A stretch of 64,000 bases of DNA, taken from positions 33,365 to 97,364 of the forward strand of contig JAUNDJ010000001.1 in assembly GCA_030526175.1 (NCBI GenBank), in the 5' to 3' direction. The number at the start of each line of letters is the position of its first letter. The stretch's first letter is position 1. The notes under the pieces were generated by a model. The model worked only from the letters and a program-made list of their open reading frames with translations, searched no databases and was not told the DNA's origin. The position numbers were made by a program, and so were the translations under genes. The DNA is from Bacillota bacterium (GTDB lineage Bacteria > Bacillota_I > Bacilli_A > Erysipelotrichales > Erysipelotrichaceae). Positions 10,709 through 20,416 of the stretch are shown here, in pieces.

Positions 10709-11740
10709 ATGTTCTTAAGTGTAATTGTTTCATGTCATAATTGTAAGGACACAATTGAAAAAGTATTGCGGTCCATTTTAAATCAAAATTTCGAATCTGT
10801 AGAAGTGATTATCAGTGATGATCACTCTACGGATGGATTTATGGAAGTAGTTAAAAAGTATAATAAACTACTCGATATTAAACACTATAAAACAAAAAAG
10901 CATAAATATCATTGCCCGGGTAATACTCGATTAGATGGTCTAGCGCATGCCACCGGAGATTGGATAGCTTTTATAGATCACGATGATGTATTTTTGCCTG
11001 GAGCATTTAATTGTTTAAAACAGTCTGTTGATGCTCTATCTGAGGAAATTAAAGATAATGTTCCATTATTTTTTTCTCCTATTCAAAAAGCATCAATGCA
11101 GGATGTTGATGAAGGAATTCTTACAGCTACTACTTGGTTGCATGGAAATTTTTATAAAAGATCATTTCTCATAGAAAATTCTATTAACTTCAAGGAAGAC
11201 CTATTTGGAAATGAAGACTTATATTTTAACAACTTCGTATACGGTGTAATTGCTGGCAAACAGCTCACTATAATGCAGGCTGATAAGCCACTATATAAAT
11301 GGTATACAAATCCAAAGTCTTTATCTAATTCTAGAATGGAAGGATCTGATGTAGAATATACTGAAAAGTATTTTGCAGATTATGTATATGCAAATTCAGT
11401 TCCCCATTTCGAATGTGCTAAACGATTCCCCGAACAAATTGAATATTTTCAACACGAAGTCGTTAAAGCTTTGATTCTATCGTATTTCTATTATCAACGG
11501 GCATTATATTCTTATAAATCTCATCCTATTCTACAGGAAATGAAAGATAGCATTGTTAACTTTATAAAGCAAAGTTGTGCTAATTTCAATTGGAGTTTAG
11601 AAGATCTAAAAACTAAGTTAACTGAAAATGGTCAGGAATTTAGTGATGTCCGAGCTGTTGTTTGTTCTCTATCTGGATCATTTATAGAGCAACAATCAAT
11701 AACAGACTTCATTCAAGCTTTGTATTATCAAAATATTTAA
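10709..11740 (+). CDS. Glycosyltransferase family 2, paralogue of the upstream gene
   Basis: Motifs SVIVSCHN, IISDDHSTD, GNTRLDG, ATGDWIAFIDHDD and NEDLYFN. Confidence 0.9.
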   Translation: MFLSVIVSCHNCKDTIEKVLRSILNQNFESVEVIISDDHSTDGFMEVVKKYNKLLDIKHYKTKKHKYHCPGNTRLDGLAHATGDWIAFIDHDDVFLPGAFNCLKQSVDALSEEIKDNVPLFFSPIQKASMQDVDEGILTATTWLHGNFYKRSFLIENSINFKEDLFGNEDLYFNNFVYGVIAGKQLTIMQADKPLYKWYTNPKSLSNSRMEGSDVEYTEKYFADYVYANSVPHFECAKRFPEQIEYFQHEVVKALILSYFYYQRALYSYKSHPILQEMKDSIVNFIKQSCANFNWSLEDLKTKLTENGQEFSDVRAVVCSLSGSFIEQQSITDFIQALYYQNI

Positions 11741-11751
11741 ATTTATACATA

Positions 11752-13536
11752 ATGGTTTCTTTTACTGATCTAACTGGACTGTATAATGTTTTTAACATTA
11801 GCTCAAATGGAAGTCTAACATTACAAAACGATTCCTTTGAAGATTCTATTATTTTGATTACTGCTACAGCTGAGGATGAAGAGATTTGTCCAAAATACAC
11901 TGCTGGGTCTCATTATATTTGGATGAGAGGTAGATTAATTTCATCTGCTGCACTGATTAATCCAATTCAATTTGATTATGCTGATGCGGAAGATTATAAA
12001 ATACTAGAATCTGAAGAGGATTATGACACTTGTTACAAATACAGAATTCCTGTAAACGATTTGGGTTCTGTATTTAAAAATGTTGATGATGTTGACAACT
12101 TTTTCTCTGAGTTAATTAAAAAGGGAATTGAGTTTGTCGACTCTAATAATCTAAAAGTTTCTCTTCCTTCAGTTTCGAATGAAGGCTCTGTTCTATGTTT
12201 TGGAGTTTATGGATCTGATAATTTTAATAAACAAGCAGATCCAGGATCTCTTCCTGACAACGAGCAGTATAAGGAAATTTTTTTAAACATCTATTCTGTA
12301 TCTGAATCTGAAGGATCTGTTATTTACGTGGATTCCAGAATTAGACAATTTTTAGCATTAGATGAAAAGGGATGGCCACATGCCAAAACACTAAGTACAT
12401 TCGTTATTGAAAATTTAAAAAATTTATATTCATCTAAACAGAATGTATTAACTGCTGGAGAAAATATTACAATTTCAGACGATAATGTAATCAGTGCTTC
12501 TATTGATGGAGGCAATTACATTCCGTATGACACCTTAGAAGGTAAGAACTATATAGCAGCAAATAAAGAAATTACGGTAACTGATACTGCCGACGCCGAC
12601 GACGAAACTACTTTGTCAGGTCAGGGAATTCTTGTTCACAATGCAGACAATACTGCAATGTCAGTTATGCGTAGAGATTCTATGGGCGTTGCTGTGGCAA
12701 ATTCTGATCAGATGGAAAGTGCTCCAGAAGTTCAAGTTCAAGCTGCTCTTACTGCAGATCTTACAGATGGAGCTGCTCTTAATCTTCATGGAGTTATGAG
12801 CGAATCACAGTTCACTTATACTGCGGACGTTCTTGGCTCTAAGTGGGAAATCAATGCTAAAGATGATACAAATAATCCTAAGCAAGGTATGCTTGAAGCT
12901 GGATATATTCGTGATCTTACTAACTGGGCAAATAAAGGTGATTTCGTTTTCCACATTAAAGATGTAAATGGGGAAAAAGCTGACAGTTACTATGCTTTAC
13001 GTAACGACGGCAAAGGCGATTTTCGAGACTTTGCTTACATCGCTACTGAAGACTATGTAAATGAAAAGTGTCCAGATTGGAATATTGCCGAATTTGATAC
13101 TGCATATATAACTACTCATAATTATGTAGGAATTGAGGCGCCAGAAGGATATGCTTTCGACAAACTATATGTACTTATCCACTGGTTTGGAAACGCAGCT
13201 CCAGTAGCCACTAATATCTTTGGTGGTTTTTATGATGGAGCCGTAACTGATGCATCTAAGCAAGTACTTCGTAGTAATGGTACTAATAAAATGGGAGCTG
13301 CTTATTTTGCCGCAAATGTAATTAACTTAAATGACATCTCGGCAATTGCTTATGGTGATGCTTATATGTATAATAGCAACGGTTCTGCAACTACTCTTAA
13401 TAACCCAGTTAACAGCTACGGTATCGGACGTTTCTCTCACTCAAATGATTTTACTCATTTTAGTATTCACAACTATCCCACTACGTCTATTTCTGAAGCT
13501 TATTGTTGTATCAAATATCAACTTAAAAAACTTTAA
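11752..13536 (+). CDS. Putative fibre or receptor-binding protein (594 aa)
   Basis: ATG 11752 follows an AT-rich leader. Contains KQNVLTAGENITISDDNVISA, a common fibre repeat, and IATEDYV. Confidence 0.6.
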   Translation: MVSFTDLTGLYNVFNISSNGSLTLQNDSFEDSIILITATAEDEEICPKYTAGSHYIWMRGRLISSAALINPIQFDYADAEDYKILESEEDYDTCYKYRIPVNDLGSVFKNVDDVDNFFSELIKKGIEFVDSNNLKVSLPSVSNEGSVLCFGVYGSDNFNKQADPGSLPDNEQYKEIFLNIYSVSESEGSVIYVDSRIRQFLALDEKGWPHAKTLSTFVIENLKNLYSSKQNVLTAGENITISDDNVISASIDGGNYIPYDTLEGKNYIAANKEITVTDTADADDETTLSGQGILVHNADNTAMSVMRRDSMGVAVANSDQMESAPEVQVQAALTADLTDGAALNLHGVMSESQFTYTADVLGSKWEINAKDDTNNPKQGMLEAGYIRDLTNWANKGDFVFHIKDVNGEKADSYYALRNDGKGDFRDFAYIATEDYVNEKCPDWNIAEFDTAYITTHNYVGIEAPEGYAFDKLYVLIHWFGNAAPVATNIFGGFYDGAVTDASKQVLRSNGTNKMGAAYFAANVINLNDISAIAYGDAYMYNSNGSATTLNNPVNSYGIGRFSHSNDFTHFSIHNYPTTSISEAYCCIKYQLKKL

Positions 13537-13539
13537 CAT

Positions 13540-16500
13540 ATGCTATTAGAATACAAATTTGGAAAGTATTATAAAGATGGTGTAGAGATCGAAAAAGCTG
13601 AATACGTGACTTTCGTTGAGGGGTTACGAAATAGTCATACAATTACTGACGAACTCCCCGAAATAGAAGAGGATCCTACTCCAGATACTCCTGTAGAACC
13701 AGTAAAGAAAACCACACTTCCTACAGACATTCCCACTCTATACTTTGACGGACTTCTTCCTCATACTAAAGATGAAGGTAACTTCAAAGGTGCTTGTCAT
13801 TATCGCTCCTCAGCTTTCAACATTGACTGCTATGCTACTTTGAAAGTGCAAGGTAACTCAAGTACAGCTTACAATAAGAAGAACTTTACTATTACATTCT
13901 ATTCAGATAAGGCTTGTACGACAAAGCAGAAGATTAATTTCGGTTGGGGTGCTCAATCGAAGTATGTGATGAAAGCTAACTGGATTGATATTACTCATTC
14001 TCGTAATGTTGTTTCTGCACAACTTTGGGGTGACGTAGTTAAGTCTCGTGATGACTATGAGCAGCTTCCTGAATTACTGAGAACATCTCCTAATCAGGGC
14101 GCTATTGACGGATTCCCTATCAAGTTCTACGGCGATAATGTTTATTGGGGTCGTTACTCAATGAATATTCCTAAGGATGCATGGATGACAAATATGGATA
14201 AAACTAATCCAGAACATTTGATTTTATGCGGTGAGAACTACAATGAAGCACTTTTCCGTGCTCCTGCTGTATGGGATGAAACCGACTGGACTGATGAGTT
14301 ACATAGTGAAGTACCTGCTGAACTTCTTGCTCGTTTCAATGAATTAGTAAGCTTTATCATGAATTCAACAGATGAAGAATTCAAATCTAATCTCTCAAGT
14401 TATGTAGACCTTCAATCCGTGCTTGATTATTATGTGTTCGGTTTGTTGATTTGTAACTTGGATGGTTTTGGCAAGAACCACATCTGGTTATCATATGACG
14501 GTAATAAGTTCATTGCAAGTGCTTATGATATGGACTCTACATTCGGTCTCTACTGGGATGGTTCACAGATGTTACCTGCTACATACGGTCGTACTTCATT
14601 TGAGGATATGGTAAATGGACGTCTTGGTAACTTGTTATACTTGAGATTAGTTGATATGTTCGCTGCTGAATTGAGTGCATCTTATACTAGATTAGTTCAA
14701 GGTCCAATGAGTTTCGTTAACGTACTTGAACGATTTGAGAAGTTTATCGGTATAGCTCCTGCTTCATTAGTTGCTGAAGACTACGCCGCTACTACAGGTA
14801 ATGGTGCTTGTACAGGTATTCCTTCAGTAGACACAAACAACATTCAGCAGATTCGTCAGTGGTATGCTACTCGTCTCTCCTTTGTTAAAGCTGCATTAGG
14901 TGTTATTGATGAAGAAGACGATGTTGAACTTCCTGAACCATTCGCAATATGGGAAAATCAGATGTTTGACGGTGATGCTACAAAGAAAACTCCTATCAAC
15001 ACTGGTTATCAGTTATTTAGTGATGACCCAGAATGGCAGGTTTGGACATTGCAGTTCCATGCTAAACTCAATCCTGGTACTTCTGGTCAGAGAGCAGCAA
15101 TTCACTGTATGGATGAGACTGGTTCACCTTGGCCTGGTATGGTAATGCAGGTTCAGGGTGGTGGAGATATAAATGGAACTATCACTGAGATTCGTATGAC
15201 TAAGACTTCATCAGGTCAGATTGAGGGTATTACATTCAATACTGGTGCTGAACAGTATGTAGCTTTACAACGTAACGGTAGTGTAGTTAAGTATTGTATT
15301 GATGGTAAGAACTGGAATACTTTCCCGGGTACACTCTATGAGCATACTGCTCCATTGGTAATTGGTGGTTTCTGTAATGGTAATGGCCAAGTTCTTGGTG
15401 GTGCTGATGGTCGTGAAATTAACGGTATTGTAACTGCTCGTTTGTGGAAAGAGAATCTTGATAACGTAGCTAAGTTGTTCATTGAACAATTCCCTGAAAA
15501 CCTTTATGACTTTGACCACACAATGAACATGATGTCTTATGACCAATTAAATGGTATGCAAGCTGGACAGTCTGTTGAAGCTGTAATGGTTAACCCAAAT
15601 AAAACAAGTGGTTACATTCTTGGTTACAACAACGGTGTGTTGGGTGCTGTAGGTACTGCGGAACTTCAAGCAACAAAGATTTTGATTGACCAAAATGCTA
15701 CTGATGATTATAAGATGATTATTAGTAAAGTTGCAGAGACAAGAACTGAACAGCAATTGCAACCTGTAGCGAAGACATTTGGTGTAAGTGGTTCATTTAC
15801 TGCAAATACAACAGGTAATTTTGCACGGTATACTGCAGCAAGTATCAATGGTTATGATTTATATGGTTGTTCAACCACAAGACTTTCATTGAATAATACG
15901 ACAGCACGAAGTGGTTCTGTTACTGTAACATTCGACGGTTCTACATTCCCGAGAACAATATATTTCTACATATATGGTTCATCTACATCTAGCGTGACAG
16001 CATCAGTAGCCACTGGAGGTACAACGGTTAGAAATACAATTTCAACAACTCAAACTCCAACATCAATATCAAGTTTCACCGCTTATAACATGACAAGTAA
16101 TTCAGTTACATTCAACTTGTCTGCACAGAGACGTGGTAATACAACAAGATACGTGAACTTTATCATCGCAGTACCTAATACGATTACTGAAGATGAGTTG
16201 GTAGATGTACAGGTGCCTACTGAAAACACCTACTACACAATCAAGTCAAAGGTTGGTGGTTATGGTCCTACTGGTAATGTTGATGATCAAGCTACATGGT
16301 CAACTACATTAAAGAAGTTCCAAGTCGCTAATGCAACGAGCATTACTGATCCAGAAAGTATCACTACAAACATCAACACAGATAACAATCCTTGTATGAT
16401 TAGATTTGTTAGTGAGGATGATTCGTTCTTAAATGCTGGTGGTGCTGCTAATTCAATCAAGTTTGCAACAGGTCAAGGTACTTGGTCAGTTTGGAACTTA

Positions 16501-16563
16501 TGGCTAATTGATAGCGCTATGCCTAGAATCCAATCTGAGGGATTCGAAGAATCTGAAATTTAA
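13540..16563 (+). CDS. CotH-family kinase domain fused to a LamG/ConA-like and further beta domains (1007 aa)
   Basis: CotH-type motifs KVQGNSS..KKNF, MKANWID..HSRN, FY..NVYWGRY, NLDGFGKN and YDMDSTFG in about aa 65-455. The later W/G-rich beta domain (APLVIGG...INGIV) resembles LamG. Confidence 0.8.
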   Translation: MLLEYKFGKYYKDGVEIEKAEYVTFVEGLRNSHTITDELPEIEEDPTPDTPVEPVKKTTLPTDIPTLYFDGLLPHTKDEGNFKGACHYRSSAFNIDCYATLKVQGNSSTAYNKKNFTITFYSDKACTTKQKINFGWGAQSKYVMKANWIDITHSRNVVSAQLWGDVVKSRDDYEQLPELLRTSPNQGAIDGFPIKFYGDNVYWGRYSMNIPKDAWMTNMDKTNPEHLILCGENYNEALFRAPAVWDETDWTDELHSEVPAELLARFNELVSFIMNSTDEEFKSNLSSYVDLQSVLDYYVFGLLICNLDGFGKNHIWLSYDGNKFIASAYDMDSTFGLYWDGSQMLPATYGRTSFEDMVNGRLGNLLYLRLVDMFAAELSASYTRLVQGPMSFVNVLERFEKFIGIAPASLVAEDYAATTGNGACTGIPSVDTNNIQQIRQWYATRLSFVKAALGVIDEEDDVELPEPFAIWENQMFDGDATKKTPINTGYQLFSDDPEWQVWTLQFHAKLNPGTSGQRAAIHCMDETGSPWPGMVMQVQGGGDINGTITEIRMTKTSSGQIEGITFNTGAEQYVALQRNGSVVKYCIDGKNWNTFPGTLYEHTAPLVIGGFCNGNGQVLGGADGREINGIVTARLWKENLDNVAKLFIEQFPENLYDFDHTMNMMSYDQLNGMQAGQSVEAVMVNPNKTSGYILGYNNGVLGAVGTAELQATKILIDQNATDDYKMIISKVAETRTEQQLQPVAKTFGVSGSFTANTTGNFARYTAASINGYDLYGCSTTRLSLNNTTARSGSVTVTFDGSTFPRTIYFYIYGSSTSSVTASVATGGTTVRNTISTTQTPTSISSFTAYNMTSNSVTFNLSAQRRGNTTRYVNFIIAVPNTITEDELVDVQVPTENTYYTIKSKVGGYGPTGNVDDQATWSTTLKKFQVANATSITDPESITTNINTDNNPCMIRFVSEDDSFLNAGGAANSIKFATGQGTWSVWNLWLIDSAMPRIQSEGFEESEI

Positions 16564-16574
16564 TTTCAAAACTT

Positions 16575-16859
16575 ATGAATAAAAATTCATTCATTTACTA
16601 GGCACATTCTGAAAAGGGTGTGCCTAGTAGTAAACGACTTTGGGGTGGAATTGGATATGGCACGTTTTAGATATGTGTGGTTGCAGCCACAATTCTATCT
16701 CTAATTATAACTAAAGAATTATCTAGTTATGTAAAAGATCTTCTTGAGGTAGATCTTATTACAAGTGCTGCATTACTTGGTTTAAGTAGTATTACCGGAG
16801 CTTTCGGAAATGGAAGATAGGTCAATGTTAAAGATTCTGAAGAACAAATTGAAAATTAA
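16575..16859 (+). CDS. Holin-like membrane protein (94 aa, 3 TAGs; absent from the ORF track)
   Basis: MNKNSFIY*AHSEKGVPSSKRLWGGIGYGTF*ICVVAATILSLII...LITSAALLGLSSITGAFG..*..TAA. Two hydrophobic segments and an SSKR..G motif; fills the gap between flanking genes. Confidence 0.65.
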
Positions 16860-16867
16860 TAAATATT

Positions 16868-18586
16868 ATGGCAACAATTAATAAAATTAAAGTTCAAAAT
16901 CAAGTTTATGATATCAAATGCACTGCTGAAGGTCATATTTATACAGCCTCTGTAGATTCTCTGGCTGAAGGAACTGATGGAGATCTTTGTACTCTAAACC
17001 AAGCATCCGGTCTTAGATCACACGCAGAAGGCTGTCACGGAACAGCTTCCGGTAATTATGGTTCTCATGCAGAAGGTTATGAAACTCAAGCTTCAGGCGA
17101 GTACGGAGCTCATGCAGAAGGTTATGGAACTCAAGCTTCAGGCAATGGATCTCATTCTTCTGGTTATTGTACCCTTGCCAATCACATAATTGCATCTGGA
17201 ATCGGTGCTCATGCTTCAGGATATGCTGAAACTGACGCTTATATTAAATCAGATGGATCTGGCTCACATGCTCAAGGATATGCAGTTGGAAGTTATACAT
17301 TGCAAGCTTCTGGAGAAGGAGCACATGCTGATGGTATTGCTTTGTCAAATAATGCTTTAGCATTTGGCCTAGGTTCTCATCAAGAAGGTGTTGACACTAC
17401 CGCTCAAGGCATAGGCACACATGCTGAATGTCGAAATGGTGTTGCTTGCGGTACCGGATCTCATGTTGAAGGTATTCAAGATGGTATTACTTGGACCGCA
17501 TTATCTACTAGGCTTAAAGCAAGTACTATTACCGAAGATGCTGGTTCTGGTAAACTGACAATCAACTGTACCAAACCTTCAGGAGCATCTGCTCCGGCGA
17601 TTGGTAATAAATTCATTCGAATGACCGTCGACGGAGTCAATTATTATACGTATTGCGAGGGTATTAGCGATCCTGGACTTTCTGGTACAACATTTAATCT
17701 TACTACAACTGCAACGGCCGGTGGATTCCCTTCTTCGGTAAATAATGGTACTTTTGCTTACGCTAATAAAATTTATGGCGCGTTTGGTATAGCCTCCCAT
17801 GCGGAAGGCTATCATACTGGAACTATTGGCTTAGGCTCGCATGCTAGTGGCGCTGAGTGTATTGCTAAAAAAGATTGCTCTCATGCGATGGGACGTTAGG
17901 TAGAGGCTTATCAAGATTCCATGATTGCTGTTGGTAATTATAATAGCAGAAGCATGTCATTAGCAAATATTGCAACAACTTATTTCGTAGTAGGTGGTGG
18001 ATCTGCGACCAATCAATTTAGAACTTCAAACTCTAATACTTACGGTAAAACTTATTCAACATCAGGTGCTGACTATGCTGAGTTCTTTGAATGGGAAGAT
18101 GGAAATCCTAATAACGAAGATAGACGTGGTAAATTTGTTGCCCTTCTTCCTTCCGGTAAGATTGCAATTGCAAATCCAGGTGATGATGTAATTGGTGTAA
18201 TTTCAAGTACATGTGCAGTTTTAGGTAATGCTGCTTCTGAAGAATGGGATGAGCGTTTTGTCAAAGACATCTATGGCAAGATTCTTACTGAAAAGGTTAA
18301 TGTAGAATACGCTCAAGCTGATGGATCCGTTAAGATTGTTGAAGAAGAGAGACGTATCGAAAATCCAGATTACGATCCTGAAAGAGAATATATTCCTCGT
18401 GAACTTCGTTCCGAATGGGGTATTGTGGGTCTTCTTGGTCAATTGATTGTCGATGATGATGGTACTTGCGTAGTAGGTCAGCGTTGTGATGTTGCTGAAG
18501 GTGGTATTGCTACTCTTGGTACAAAATATCGCGTCATTAAACGTCTTGACGATCATCACGTAATGGTTCTCGCAAACTTCCTTTAA
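16868..18586 (+). CDS. Tail spike/fibre with SHAEG repeats and a C-terminal peptidase G2-like intramolecular chaperone domain (572 aa, 1 TAG)
   Basis: Fragments joined across TAG 17897-17899. Many (S/A)HAEG repeats; GADYAEFFEWEDGNPNNEDRRGKFV and EWGIVGLLGQL match peptidase G2. Confidence 0.8.
17064..17143 (+). repeat. 45-bp-period tandem duplication within the SHAEG repeats
   Basis: ctcatgcagaaggttatg(a/g)aactcaagcttcaggc at 17064 and 17109, 34/35 identical. Confidence 0.85.
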
Positions 18587-18588
18587 TT

Positions 18589-18918
18589 ATGGATTACTTA
18601 GTAAAAACCTTAGTTGAAATGCTAAGAAAGAAAGCTGATGAGTTGGAGACAGGGATAAGTACCCTGTCTCCTTCTGAGGCTTTTGATGCAATTGAACAAA
18701 TGAGTAAATTATCTCCCGAATATAGAATGAGTAAAGCGGATGCTTGTTCATATCTAAATATGAGTAGATCTACCTTTGATTCTTGGATTCGCTGCGAAAT
18801 GATTCCAAAAGGAAAGAAGATTAGAGGTTGGAAAGAACTTTACTGGGAGAAGGCTGATCTAGATAAATTTATTTATGACTAGAAAGCAATATCAAAAGCT
18901 GGCACTATGGAGTCTTAA
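18589..18918 (+). CDS. AlpA/excisionase-like HTH DNA-binding protein (ends at 18882 if this TAG terminates)
   Basis: MSKADACSYLNMSRSTFDSWIR...IPKGKK.RG.KEL.W HTH. TAG at 18880-18882; next TAA at 18916-18918. Confidence 0.7.
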
Positions 18919-19267
18919 ATATACTCCATTTGTAACTGCTGTAATTATGTTAATACATGTCGGACTTTCCTTATTGGGATTTTCTTTAACATTCGCAGAG
19001 GGTTTCTGCGGAATTGCTTTACTCCCGTTAATTCCGACATATTTCCTATCAAAAGGACTCGGGTTCTGTAAAATACATCGAGAATAGATTTTTTACACAG
19101 CTGGTGTTAACTTCTATATGTGGTTACAGGAATGTATAAACTTTGGAAGTATTTTGAATACACTACACTGGATAGTATTTATTGTTGGTATTTTACTTCT
19201 TATTCGATTCTTTTTACATTTAAAAGAGTTTGATAAAAACTGTAAATTTAAACTAAATTTAAATTAA
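18875..19267 (+). CDS. Multi-pass membrane protein (130 aa, 1 TAG)
   Basis: Hydrophobic helices continue across TAG 19085-19087 to TAA 19265-19267. Confidence 0.7.
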
Positions 19268-19268
19268 A

Positions 19269-19370
19269 TAACTTTGCTAAAAGAGAGGTTTCTTTTTTAA
19301 ATGATATATTTAATTTAATTTTACCAAAAGTATGGAAACATACTTAGATATGTTAATAAGAATTAATACG
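19269..19370 (+). promoter_or_regulatory. Putative promoter region for the capsid block
   Basis: TAACTTTG (fits the Bacteroidota -7 consensus TAnnTTTG) at 19269, plus ACTTAGATATGTTAA..AATTAATAC shared with other intergenic gaps. Confidence 0.4.
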
Positions 19371-19383
19371 TAAATGAATTATT

Positions 19384-20391
19384 ATGGCTGATTTTTTTGA
19401 AGATGGGGATGTATTCGATTTCGGCGAACCCCAGGAACAAGAAGTACAGGAAACTAGCACTGATGCTCCTATTCAGGATGACGAGCTAGTTTATGAAGAC
19501 TCTGATTTCGATACTATCGAAGAGCCTTCGAATGACTCTGATTACGTATCGGACCTATTAAAAGCAAAGGGTCTAGATCGCAATCGAATCCAAATTTATG
19601 ATGAAAATGGTGATCTGCAGGAAGTAAAATTTGATGATCTTTCTGATGAAGAAAAGGTAATGATCCTTGGCGGAGATGCTCCAGATGAACGAAGCTTGTT
19701 CTCTGATGACGAGCTCAACGCTATCAATTACCTCCGTCAGAATGGCATTTCTCTTGCAGATTTTGCACAAATACAACGACAAGCTGCTATTGATGAGTAT
19801 CTTGCCGGTCAACCTAAACAAACAGATATTGATTCATATTCAGATGAAGAGGTTATCGCTTACGATTTCATCCAGCGTTTCGGTGACGAAATGACTGATG
19901 AGGAAATTGATGCAGAGATTGAACGCCTCAAACTAGATCAAGATTCTTTCAACAAGAGAGTTTCCCTTTTACGTAACACGTATAAAGCACAAGAGATGGA
20001 TGCCTTGAAGGCATTGGAAGAGCAAGATCAACAACGTAGACAAGCTGACGAGCAGAACTTCATTAATACTTATTATAATGCAGCTTCTGGTTTCAATGAC
20101 ATTCAGGGTGTCACCCTTGATAACAATGATAAAGACGAACTGTTAAGCTTCGTGCTCGATAAAGATGCAGCTAATCGTACCGCTTTTGCTAGAGCAATGG
20201 ATGATCCAAATAACGTACTTCGTATGGCTTGGTTCCTATTGCATGGCGAAGAAGTATTCGATGCAACCACAGATTATTATAAGGCAGAGATCGCCAAAGC
20301 AAGATCATCCTAGGCGCCGCGCAGCGTAAACAAAACAGCTGCCCGTAAAAGCACAAGTCGCTCTCAGGATAAATTTAATTTTAACGTATAA
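19384..20391 (+). CDS. Acidic scaffold-like protein upstream of the MCP (335 aa, 1 TAG)
   Basis: Very Asp/Glu-rich helical protein in the usual pre-MCP position. TAG 20311-20313 is read through to TAA 20389-20391. Confidence 0.65.
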
Positions 20392-20416
20392 ACAACTTTA
20401 AAAATTTTAGACTAAT

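Noticed and set aside
16564-16867. Apparent intergenic gap as an ncRNA or suppressor tRNA
   Set aside because: No cloverleaf or T-loop signature. The gap is fully explained by a TAG-containing membrane-protein gene.
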